Positions 9,515-18,644 of a stretch of 64,000 nucleotides of DNA are shown here, piece after piece. This DNA is from a bacterium (lineage in GTDB: Bacteria; Hinthialibacterota; Hinthialibacteria; Hinthialibacterales; Hinthialibacteraceae): contig CAXXMV010000008.1 in NCBI GenBank assembly GCA_963662285.2, positions 416,001 through 480,000 on the forward strand, in the 5' to 3' direction. The position numbers and the translations under genes are program-made. Position 1 is the first letter of the stretch. Each line of letters starts with the position of its first letter. The notes below the pieces were generated by a model, which did no database searches, was not told where the DNA came from, and saw nothing but the letters and a program-made list of their open reading frames with translations.

Positions 9515-11596
9515 TCAACCACCAGTCGGCATGCCATAACCACCCATGCCATAACCACCCATGCCATAACCACCCATCATAGGCGATGCGCCTTCATCAC
9601 CCTCGGCTTCGGGTGTTGGAGTATGGGAAGGAGTCGGACTTGGAAGAGGCGTTATTTGTTCAAAGCCTTTCAAGAATTCCTCCTGGGTTTTGGTCTTATC
9701 CCAGAAAGCTGCTACTAATTCTCGAGAAACCTTCATGTGCTCTTCAAGGTTGCTTTCACGATCATGGATTCTTAAATCAATTGTTTTGACCGTTTCGTCC
9801 TTTGATTTCATAAGACAGGAATAAACCTTCCGGATCAAAGCAATTCGTTCTTTCTCTTTTTGTTGATATACGCCAATGATAAGAGTGGGATTGCCAGGAT
9901 CAGTTTCACGGTCAAATTTAATCAGTAGGATATCACCTTGCTGGGTTATTTTACGGAATTCACTAACAAATCTGATATCTTCATCCGATGGAGTGTTATA
10001 TCTATTAATAGCAATAGTAAAGTCCATTTGCACTGATCCGGAACCACTTAAGTCTTCCGAAGGACTCATATCCAACAGAACCACGACTTCATTATCAAAA
10101 AAGGGCGATAAGCATAAGTTCTGATAAAAACTGGTGATTCGTTCGTCGTTCAGGGCTTTACCGGTGATGGTGAATTTGCGGCTGGTTAATTCTATGCTAT
10201 CCAACCACATATCCTGTGGAACCAGATTCTGGACTTCCAGATAAATACGAGTAAGCAAACCGCGCTTCTCGGCAACCTGATTGATTCGCGTGTAGCGCTC
10301 TTTAAAGTTGTTCTGTTCGGTGCGCACTTTAGATAGAATCGGATTGAACTCTTTGCTGGGTTCTACGATTTCATTAACCTGTTCAATGGCGTCAGCTGTT
10401 ACAGTCAGCATTTTGTCCAAGAAGAAGATAGAACCGCCGATCATTACAACAAGCAGAGCAGCCATCAGCAAGAACATGGGAGAACGACGTTCAAATTCAA
10501 GCCGGTCTTTAATATATTCTGGAGCGAAACTAAGACCACACGAGGCTTTTCCCGCAGCCCGGACAGCCATGCCAACCAGAGATGCTTCATATTTAAGCAT
10601 CGATTTGTCCTGGTCGGATCCCTCTAAACCTTCAATTTCGGTTCCATCCAATATTTGAACAGGGACGCCCAGGCGATCTTCCAGAAATTCAATTGCGCCT
10701 TCCATGCGAATCGTACCTCCGCAAAGAAAGATCCGCGTCACTGGAAGAGCATCCGGCTGTGATACGTAAAAGTCGAAGGAACGCCGCACCTCAGTTACTA
10801 TTTGGTCAAATCCTTTTTCGAGGATAGCGGATACTTTTTCGGCGGAAATATCTCCTTCAGTTTCACCAAATTCCGAAGCAGGCTTCATTTTCAACTTTTC
10901 TGCTTCTTCAGTGGAGATACCCAGATTCTTGGAGATTAGAGCAGTTAATGTATTGCCGGCAACCGGAGCGCTACGCATAAATTGCATAGAGCCATTCTGC
11001 TCTATAACGATATCAGTGCTGGTGGCGCCTACAGAAACAATGGCCGTCACTTCTTCGTCACTTTGGTGAACCGATGCGGCATAGGCATTATAAATTGAGA
11101 GCGGAGCGACTTCGATAATATCAGCGCGAATACCGCATTTCTTCAAAGTTTTAACATAAGCATCGGCAATCTCACGGCGAACTGCAACCAGATTGATTTC
11201 CAGTTCCGTTAAATCGCCGCCCGGATTATCAGAAACCTGATAATCCATGTTGACTTGATCTAATGGAAATGGAATATGCTGCCGCGCTTCATACTGAACA
11301 ATACGGCCTAACTGCCGTCCACTGACCACAGGAACTTTAAGGCGTCGGGTAAATGCAGAACGACCAGGCAGGGTAACGATAGCGCGCTTCCCTTTGATAC
11401 CCAGACGTTGAAGAAGAATGGGGAAAGTTTCTTGAATTCGTTTATACTGCGAATCCTCCTCTTCGCCTTCTAACGCGATAAGAGGTTCTACTCCCGCTTT
11501 AATGACGCGGATTCCGCCTTTCTTCCCGACTTGGATCTGAAGAATTTTAACATTTTGGTGACCTATATCGATAACCAGATCGGGTACTTTCGCCAT
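9515..11596 (-). CDS. pilM: Type IV pilus assembly protein PilM fused to a PilN-like domain, plus a C-terminal extension
   Basis: Actin-like motifs (IDIGHQNVK, EARQHIPFPLDQVNMDYQ, EVRRSFDFY, IFLCGG), then a TM helix and PilN pattern (LVPQDMWLDSIE...ITGKA...SPFF); ends PTPTP..MGGYG x3. Confidence 0.88.
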   Translation of the reverse strand: MAKVPDLVIDIGHQNVKILQIQVGKKGGIRVIKAGVEPLIALEGEEEDSQYKRIQETFPILLQRLGIKGKRAIVTLPGRSAFTRRLKVPVVSGRQLGRIVQYEARQHIPFPLDQVNMDYQVSDNPGGDLTELEINLVAVRREIADAYVKTLKKCGIRADIIEVAPLSIYNAYAASVHQSDEEVTAIVSVGATSTDIVIEQNGSMQFMRSAPVAGNTLTALISKNLGISTEEAEKLKMKPASEFGETEGDISAEKVSAILEKGFDQIVTEVRRSFDFYVSQPDALPVTRIFLCGGTIRMEGAIEFLEDRLGVPVQILDGTEIEGLEGSDQDKSMLKYEASLVGMAVRAAGKASCGLSFAPEYIKDRLEFERRSPMFLLMAALLVVMIGGSIFFLDKMLTVTADAIEQVNEIVEPSKEFNPILSKVRTEQNNFKERYTRINQVAEKRGLLTRIYLEVQNLVPQDMWLDSIELTSRKFTITGKALNDERITSFYQNLCLSPFFDNEVVVLLDMSPSEDLSGSGSVQMDFTIAINRYNTPSDEDIRFVSEFRKITQQGDILLIKFDRETDPGNPTLIIGVYQQKEKERIALIRKVYSCLMKSKDETVKTIDLRIHDRESNLEEHMKVSRELVAAFWDKTKTQEEFLKGFEQITPLPSPTPSHTPTPEAEGDEGASPMMGGYGMGGYGMGGYGMPTGG
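9530..9574. repeat. 15-bp tandem repeat x3 encoding (MGGYG)3
   Basis: catgccataaccacc repeated three times. Confidence 0.9.
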
Positions 11597-11704
11597 TGAA
11601 CTCCGCCTTTACTTTATATATATTCCCTAATTAAGACAATTGGGCGATTTTATCAATACTTACCAATCTACGGAAGGGTTAGCTCCCATCCTTTAAGTAT
11701 TGAT

Positions 11705-13567
11705 TCATCGAAATTTCTTTAAAAAAGCCGTTGTCGGACGCACTGCTAGAGAACAGGTTCTTACGCCATCATAAGGATCAGTTGGATCGCCCAGACGATC
11801 ATTATGGCGGAAAAAGAGGCCTGTAGTCGGCTCTTCTCCACTTTCACTCAAGAATAGCCGGAAAGTGGTCTTCTTCGTAGGATGAATCGCACGTAATTTA
11901 ATTGTTGCGATTACTCCCTCGTTGGTTACTGATTTCCGCATAGATTTTTTGCGATAATCAATAATTCCTTTATCCTCATCAATTATATTAAGAATCGGAA
12001 AATCTAATGGAAACTGTTCTTTGTATTCTTGATCTGCTATATTGACGCCAGGAGCGAAATCATCACCATCTATCGCCTCAAATACTCTGGGATTATAAGC
12101 GATCAGAAGATTCACTGCATCGATTGTTTCTCTGCCAGGATTTGAAAGAACAACATCAATATCTACAGTATCTCCTACATCAAGGCTATTCGAGCGGGCA
12201 ACGAGAGAAAGTTTGGTCTCATATGACTGGTTTTCTTCTTTCTCATCACTAGTATCAATATCATCACCCGCTTTTTTTACTACCATCCGCTTGCGAGCCT
12301 TTTCCAGCGTATCAAAAATCTGGAGATCGATATTAATAACTCCATCCGCCTTATTATGTTTGGAACCAAGTTGATCAATATTTGACAAACTCAATATTGT
12401 CAAAGGTTTATCAGTTTTACTCTTTAATAAATCCTGGAAGACGAATGAAATCGTAGTATTCGATTCGCGTAAAGGCAAGAAAACTAATTGCGCAATTTCT
12501 CCGCCTTCTTTGGATGCGCCATTTTTGACTTTCATTTCAAAACGAATCTCACCGGTCTGCAAATCAATTGTATTATTAATAATTTCATACTTACCGGGAT
12601 TTCTTGAAATGAACGTACTCTCTCCACCCAACGAGTCTGTTGCATCAGAAACATCCGGCGCAACCATTGGAACTTTATCGGCAGCGATCCACTCACCAGC
12701 TGCATCCTGCCCGCTTATAGGCATTACATCATCAGGATCATACTGAAGCGCAAACGACAAATAATCATATTCTAAACTATTGTTAGTTAAAATTATACTG
12801 ATTGTTTTTGGTTGGTTTACTACAGCCATAGGACTGGCGCAATCCAGATAAAGCGTAGACGTGGAACGCATCTTGGCTTTAGGTTCATTGCGCTTTGGCG
12901 CTGGTTTACCTTTAGACCCTTTTGCAACCGGAGAACCACCAACTGCTCCCTGAATCTGTAAACCACCGCTTCCTTGCGATGCAGAAGGGCCGGACATAGC
13001 GCCCCGCACGTTAGATTTACCACTCAATGCCTTGCGCCGGTCAGTAGAATTTCCTGTCGGGGAAGTTTGTTTAGCCTGGCCGCCCTGAGTTGCAGCTGAA
13101 TTAGATACATTCCCACCATAAGTTTGGTTACTGTAATTCCCGCCGCGTCTGGAACGTCCACTGCGGCTACTTGAATTGCCATAACCCTGATTGTCATAAC
13201 CCTGGTTGCCATAACTTTGGTTGCCGCCATACTGGTTTGAACCACGCCCACTACGACCACTACGACCTGAGCGACTACTACCTCTCATACTACTTCCAAA
13301 ACCACCGCCGAATTGGTTATTCCCTCCGCCGTATTGATTATAACCACCACCGTATTGGCTGCTACCACCGCCGAATCTACTACTACCGTATTGGCTATTA
13401 CCACCGCCGTATTGGTTATAACCACCGCCATATTGATTATATCCACCACCATATTGATTAGATCCTCCACCAAAGCGGCTATATTGCGCTTGAACGGGAG
13501 TAACCAACCACAGTGAAGCGGCTGAAAAAAACACTAGAAAGAATTTTATTGGTTGTTTTGAGATCAT
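11705..13567 (-). CDS. Secreted protein: G/Y/N/Q/S low-complexity N-terminus plus two cohesin-like domains
   Basis: Signal peptide (..PVQA/Q); GGGYNQY repeats; cohesin-type patterns SFALQYDP and VGDTVDIDVVL..LIAYNP..GIIDY..GVIATIKL. Confidence 0.8.
   Translation of the reverse strand: MISKQPIKFFLVFFSAASLWLVTPVQAQYSRFGGGSNQYGGGYNQYGGGYNQYGGGNSQYGSSRFGGGSSQYGGGYNQYGGGNNQFGGGFGSSMRGSSRSGRSGRSGRGSNQYGGNQSYGNQGYDNQGYGNSSSRSGRSRRGGNYSNQTYGGNVSNSAATQGGQAKQTSPTGNSTDRRKALSGKSNVRGAMSGPSASQGSGGLQIQGAVGGSPVAKGSKGKPAPKRNEPKAKMRSTSTLYLDCASPMAVVNQPKTISIILTNNSLEYDYLSFALQYDPDDVMPISGQDAAGEWIAADKVPMVAPDVSDATDSLGGESTFISRNPGKYEIINNTIDLQTGEIRFEMKVKNGASKEGGEIAQLVFLPLRESNTTISFVFQDLLKSKTDKPLTILSLSNIDQLGSKHNKADGVINIDLQIFDTLEKARKRMVVKKAGDDIDTSDEKEENQSYETKLSLVARSNSLDVGDTVDIDVVLSNPGRETIDAVNLLIAYNPRVFEAIDGDDFAPGVNIADQEYKEQFPLDFPILNIIDEDKGIIDYRKKSMRKSVTNEGVIATIKLRAIHPTKKTTFRLFLSESGEEPTTGLFFRHNDRLGDPTDPYDGVRTCSLAVRPTTAFLKKFR
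13170..13480. repeat. Degenerate ~21-bp coding repeats (GGGYNQY/GGGNSQY heptads, QGYGN, SGR)
   Basis: Repeated ccaccgccgtattgg/ccaccaccatattga units on the + strand. Confidence 0.8.
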
Positions 13568-14060
13568 TTGCCCTGCTCCTCATTGATAAACTCTAACACT
13601 TATTAAGATAACGAGTCAACCACACAAGGAGTTTACATTATTTACGCAATAATCTGTATAGTCTGCCTCAATCGAATTATTGCTATAGCGGTTAGCCACA
13701 AGTATATTCGTTTCATTAATGCGTTTGATTTCCGAAAAAGCCTAACTATTACAGCATTTTATCAACGCGAATAACAAATGTTATTATGTAAACCGCTTCT
13801 GATGATTCAATATTACATTTTCGCTCAACAAAACAATAAAAAATTAAATAAAAACCTTAAAAAATGCAAATAAACTTAAAGTAGATAAGTTACGATATCC
13901 AACATAGTTTACTTAACGAACGGTATCTTGTGAAGGATTGAGTGTCAAGTTACAGAGGGTGTAATTTTGCAAAAACAGGAATTTGAAAATACCGCTATTA
14001 TTATATAAAAACAGAGCAAATCACTGATTTTCAACCATTTAAATAATCCAACACGACAAA

Positions 14061-15653
14061 TCAATTTAACTTGCTAAGATAAGCTGTTGTTGGCCTAACT
14101 CCGACCGAACAAGTCTCTACGCCATCAAAAGGATCCGATGAATTACCCAACCTATCTTGCAAACGATAAAAAACTCCCGTCGTAGGTTCTTCCCCTTTGC
14201 TGCTGATAAACATTCTAAAAGTGGTCTTTTTAGTTGGTTTTATTGCTCTTAAACGAACCGTTGCAAAAACGCCTTCGCTGCGGACCGGCTTGCGCATGGC
14301 TTTTTTGCGGTAATCGATTATCCCTTTTTCTTTATCGATTACATTCAGAATCGGAAAATCCAAAGAAAAATTATTTTTATATTTTTTATCTTCAATATTG
14401 ATGCCGGAATCAGCTTTTTCTCCATCTACCGGCTCAAAAATTCGCGTATTATAAGCAATGAGCAATCCAATAGAATCAAAAACTTTTTTACCTGGATTCT
14501 TCAGATAAACGTCTATTTCCATTATATCTCCGACATTCACCTGACTTTGACGAGGGATTAAAATCAAACTTGCATTTTCTGTTTGGCTGTCATCCGATGA
14601 TTCTTCATCACCAACTTTAGTGATAAGTGATGACTTTTTCGCTTTATCGCGGCTTTCGAAAATAAGTAAATCAAGATTAATAATTCCATCCGCAGCGCTG
14701 AATCGTGAACCTAATTGGTCTTTTTCTGATAAAGACAAACTAGTCAAAGGTTCTTTGGCCGGATCTCTTTTTTCAGGATTCACGAATATAAAAGAGAGAT
14801 TGGTGTTGGTTACGTGTATGGGGATGCAGGTAAACTGCGCTACAAGCCCATTCCAGGCGATGGGTTCTTTTTGGGTCTTAATATCTAAATAGATCAAACC
14901 ATTCTCGGCATCAATCCTATTCTCAACAATCTGTAAATTGCTTTGATTGGCGGAGATTAAAGTCTCTTCTTTGACATTATTTATCTTGGATTCACCTGGA
15001 GTATCGAGCGCCGGCTCGGATGTCAAAGCAATCGATTCCGCTTTAATTAATGTTCCAGAGGCATCCTTACCTGTTGAAATTACCAGATCATCGGGATTAT
15101 ATTTTATAACCAGACTTACACGGTCAAATTTCAGTTGCGCCTTATTGTCTATAAGTATCTTAATCACCTTAGGTTCATTAATCACGCCAACCGGGCTGTC
15201 GCCATCCAGGTAAAGATTAGCGGTTGGCCTGGTAGTTAACAAAGGCTTTGATTTAGCTAAATATTTTCGTCCACTCCCTGATCCCGTAGAAGATGAACCA
15301 GATACTGGCCTGGGCATTGCGGCGCCTGGTCTTGATAGGCCCGGCCTTGATCTTGGACCCATTCCTTGCGCTGGAATGTTAGAATTTTTCCCATCTGCAT
15401 TCTGGGTGGATCCATCACGTGTTCGGCTGCGGCTGCTTCTGCTTCGCGAGGATCGGCTTTGGTTCCCAGTATTATTATTACCTAACTTACTCCCTGATTC
15501 ACTGTTTTCAATTTGGTTAGAGTCGCTCTGGTTATTGAAGTTGTCGGGAATATTCTGATTATTATCATCTTGGGCATTCACAAGCAGCGTGGAAACAAGG
15601 CACAAGACAACGCCCGTAATTAAAAAAGTTTTGGTATATTTAAAAAAACTCAT
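14061..15653 (-). CDS. Secreted protein: N/S/R low-complexity N-terminus plus two cohesin-like domains (paralog of 11705..13567)
   Basis: Signal peptide (..VNA/Q); shares LYLD, DQLGS, ADG-IN-DL, LDFPILN-ID--KGIIDYRKK, AI-PTKKTTFR, EEPTTG, VRPTTA with the neighbour. Confidence 0.82.
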   Translation of the reverse strand: MSFFKYTKTFLITGVVLCLVSTLLVNAQDDNNQNIPDNFNNQSDSNQIENSESGSKLGNNNTGNQSRSSRSRSSRSRTRDGSTQNADGKNSNIPAQGMGPRSRPGLSRPGAAMPRPVSGSSSTGSGSGRKYLAKSKPLLTTRPTANLYLDGDSPVGVINEPKVIKILIDNKAQLKFDRVSLVIKYNPDDLVISTGKDASGTLIKAESIALTSEPALDTPGESKINNVKEETLISANQSNLQIVENRIDAENGLIYLDIKTQKEPIAWNGLVAQFTCIPIHVTNTNLSFIFVNPEKRDPAKEPLTSLSLSEKDQLGSRFSAADGIINLDLLIFESRDKAKKSSLITKVGDEESSDDSQTENASLILIPRQSQVNVGDIMEIDVYLKNPGKKVFDSIGLLIAYNTRIFEPVDGEKADSGINIEDKKYKNNFSLDFPILNVIDKEKGIIDYRKKAMRKPVRSEGVFATVRLRAIKPTKKTTFRMFISSKGEEPTTGVFYRLQDRLGNSSDPFDGVETCSVGVRPTTAYLSKLN

Positions 15654-15897
15654 CTTTTAATCCTCGTTTTTTTGGCAATTATATATCTTAGATCAATATA
15701 TTATACGTTTTATCAGGCAGGAAAGTGAATACTCTTTTTATAAATTACGCGGTTTCTCAAGGTCATGCTTGATAATAATCAGAGATGGTCTTCGAAAAAA
15801 CCTATTATTTCACAAATTAACTGAAATTAAATATAACTCTTCGCGAAAAATAAAATCTTTCACGACAACATACATTATAACGATTCTGCAGAAGAGT

Positions 15898-16905
15898 TTA
15901 TTGACTTTGCCCCTGAACTTTTATACTGTGCAATTGATATTTATCAATTTTACGATCAAGAGTAGGCCGTGAAATCTTCAAAATATTGGCCGCCTGGCTT
16001 TTATTGAACCGGGTGAACTCCAAAATCCGCAGAATATGCCGTTTCTCCGCTTCATCAAGCGATAATATTTCCAGTAACTCATCAGCTTTGGTTTCCGCTT
16101 TATCTTCCATAGAGCGGGAAGAATCAGCCAGATGAATATCCAATGGGATATGTTCTAACCAAATCGTATCTTGAGATTCGTTCATAAGAACAGCGCATTT
16201 AACAACATGGTGCAATTCGCGAATGTTACCCGGCCAATCATGACGCATCAGAAATTGCAAGGCCGCATCAGATATTCCTTCAATCGATTTATGGTATTGC
16301 TTGTTGTACAGTTTTATGAAAAAATCAACCAATATGGGAATATCTTCTTTTCTATCTCTGATGGGAGGGATATCTAAATGGACTTCTTTCAGGCGGTAAT
16401 ACAAATCCTGCCTGAAATTACCTTCCTGCACCAAACTGTATATTCTCTGATTGCATGCGGTAATTATTCGAACATTAACCGGGATAGGTTCTCCACCGCC
16501 AATACGCTCAACCACTCCTTCTTCCAGAACCCGCAATAGTTTGGCTTGAGTAGTGGCGCTCATATCACCAATTTCATCCAGGAAGAGAGTTCCACCCTGG
16601 GCTTGTTCAAATTTCCCCTTACGAGAATAAACCGCTCCGGTAAAAGCGCCTTTTTCATGCCCGAAAATCTCCGTCTCTAGAAGAGCATCTGGCAACGCCG
16701 CGCAATTAACGCTGACAAAACGGGAATTGGATCGTTCGCTTGCATGATGAATAGCCTGAGCCAGCGTCTCTTTTCCCGTTCCATCTTCGCCTGAGATTAA
16801 AACCAGCATATCTGATTTCGCGATACGCTGAGCAGTACGAATGACTTGCTGCATCCGAGAACTGTTGGCAACAATCTGATTGAAAGTAACTTTTTTGCGA
16901 GTCAT
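15898..16905 (-). CDS. Sigma54-dependent transcriptional activator (bEBP) lacking an N-terminal regulatory domain
   Basis: Walker A GEDGTGKE, GAFTGA, LFLDEIG, FRQDLYYRL, WPGNIREL, C-terminal Fis HTH; the AAA+ domain starts at about residue 8. Confidence 0.93.
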   Translation of the reverse strand: MTRKKVTFNQIVANSSRMQQVIRTAQRIAKSDMLVLISGEDGTGKETLAQAIHHASERSNSRFVSVNCAALPDALLETEIFGHEKGAFTGAVYSRKGKFEQAQGGTLFLDEIGDMSATTQAKLLRVLEEGVVERIGGGEPIPVNVRIITACNQRIYSLVQEGNFRQDLYYRLKEVHLDIPPIRDRKEDIPILVDFFIKLYNKQYHKSIEGISDAALQFLMRHDWPGNIRELHHVVKCAVLMNESQDTIWLEHIPLDIHLADSSRSMEDKAETKADELLEILSLDEAEKRHILRILEFTRFNKSQAANILKISRPTLDRKIDKYQLHSIKVQGQSQ

Positions 16906-17220
16906 ATAAGTTCACATCCCGTAAATTGTTTTAATACTTAAATCTAGGCTATTACAAAGCCATATCGATGTCAAGAAATATTACATGATTAATTTGCTTA
17001 TTATGCATATTTTAATTTAACTTGTAAAGAATAGTATATGAAAAGGATTATTATGATTCAATATAAAATATCAAATAACAATTATAAGATAATAATATAA
17101 TCAGAGCGATTCCAAAAGTTCCTAAATAAAAGCGAATGTACAAAGTCTCTTCTTTCTGGAACTTTTCACAAATCAATCGCTTTTAATTATCTTTTTATTA
17201 AGAATAATGTTATCAATATT

Positions 17221-17817
17221 TTAAGAAGAAATGGTTTCGGCAGGTTCAATCTGTTGAACCGTTTTTGCTACAACGCAATCAATATCTGATTCGCAACAAT
17301 GGATTCCCCCCTCGAAACCACAAGCAATGCATAATTTGGTAGCTATCTGTCCATCGTCGATAAAGTCCGTCAAGAAAGATTCAAGAATACCATCTAACTT
17401 TTCGACTGTTTCAGCTCTTAAACGCTGGATTATCCGGCTTAAACGAATTTCCGTTTCAGAAATTAACTCTCCCGCAACCTGCTGTCCGGTCTCAGTTAAC
17501 TTGGCGTAAACCGTTCTATGATCTTCGCCTTTACTATACCGTTCCACCCATCCATTCTTCTCTAAACGGTTGACGGACTTGGTTGCTCCGGAAATAGTAT
17601 GCCCCAGCCCAACCGCAATTTCACTGATTGATGCGTTGTTGTTTAATACTAAAAAACGCAAAGCATCCGCTTGAGAATCAGTAATTCGAATCCCCAATTT
17701 TTTCGACAGAACTTCTCCGCTGGTCGCCTGACGAACTGCTGCGGCGAACAGAATTAAACGCCTGGATAATTGGTGATGCTGTTCAGACATATCTTCACCC
17801 CGGGAGGTCATTGCCAT
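17221..17817 (-). CDS. MarR-family regulator with a Cys-rich C-terminal extension
   Basis: wHTH (ISEIAVGLGHTISGATKSVNRLEKNGWVER..DHR..LTETG); tail CIAC..CC..C; AAAGGAG RBS before ATG 17817. Confidence 0.85.
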   Translation of the reverse strand: MAMTSRGEDMSEQHHQLSRRLILFAAAVRQATSGEVLSKKLGIRITDSQADALRFLVLNNNASISEIAVGLGHTISGATKSVNRLEKNGWVERYSKGEDHRTVYAKLTETGQQVAGELISETEIRLSRIIQRLRAETVEKLDGILESFLTDFIDDGQIATKLCIACGFEGGIHCCESDIDCVVAKTVQQIEPAETISS

Positions 17818-17961
17818 ATCTCCTTTACCAGATATTAAGAACATACCACAAACAGAATACGCAGCAATGGTTCTGGGCATCCTGAACTCTGATTCTAAAT
17901 ACTCGATGCAAACTTAAGCATGTTTTTTAACAAAATATTTCACAATACCGGCTTCTCTAGA

Positions 17962-18285
17962 CTATCCTCCACAACTGCAACATTGACTGGCATTTGGGTT
18001 ATCAAAGGTAAAGCCGCCGCCATTGGGTCCATCACTATAACCAACCGTGGTTCCGTTTAGAAACAAGAAACTTTTGGTATCAATATAAACAGCCACATCA
18101 TTGCTAATATAAACACGGTCGTTTGCCCTCTTCTCCGTCTCAAAATTGAGAGTATACGATAGACCAGAGCATCCCCCTCCATTAACTCCTACTCGAAGGG
18201 AAGTACTTTCAGGTAAATTCTGCGCTTCGATCAATTTTTTAATCTCATTCGCTGCTTGTTCGGTAACATTAATCACGATAGTCAT
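17962..18285 (-). CDS. iscA: A-type Fe-S cluster carrier (IscA/ErpA/HesB family)
   Basis: LRVGVNGGGCSGLSY, F-F-NPNA..C-C-G motif; AGGAG RBS. Confidence 0.9.
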   Translation of the reverse strand: MTIVINVTEQAANEIKKLIEAQNLPESTSLRVGVNGGGCSGLSYTLNFETEKRANDRVYISNDVAVYIDTKSFLFLNGTTVGYSDGPNGGGFTFDNPNASQCCSCGG

Positions 18286-18398
18286 CTCCTATTTATATAT
18301 ATTGCGATTTAATAACAAAATACTTTACTGCTAGAGAGGTTCTCCAAAGAAATAATTATTTTTCTTAAAAAAGCCTTCTCAAATAATAATACCTTAAC

Positions 18399-18415
18399 AC
18401 TTGACGCTGTCAAGT
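18399..18415. promoter_or_regulatory. Palindrome ACTTGAC-N3-GTCAAGT upstream of iscA-marR, candidate operator
   Basis: 7-bp perfect arms in the divergent iscA/bioF intergenic region. Confidence 0.45.
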
Positions 18416-18644
18416 AAATAACACCTTACTGAATATTTTTTTCCCGCACCAACTTTTAACCATTTTATAACTAGAGCGATTATTGAAGTTATGATTCAAT
18501 AACCTATAAGACAATTACATCAACCAATAAACTAGAAGGGATTGAACCAGAATGGCCTGCTTCAAAATATCAACACTCATTTGATAACATAAATATGTAA
18601 TTTAAGGAATACGTGCAAATCTACAGAATTTCATAATAAATATC

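Noticed and set aside
9434-9718. ORF with HAITT repeats
   Set aside because: Antisense shadow of the (MGGYG)3 tail of the PilM-PilN fusion
13024-13516. Several short repetitive ORFs (HHRRIGY, ITTTVLA, VVIANT)
   Set aside because: Alternative-frame and antisense products of the GGYNQY coding repeat
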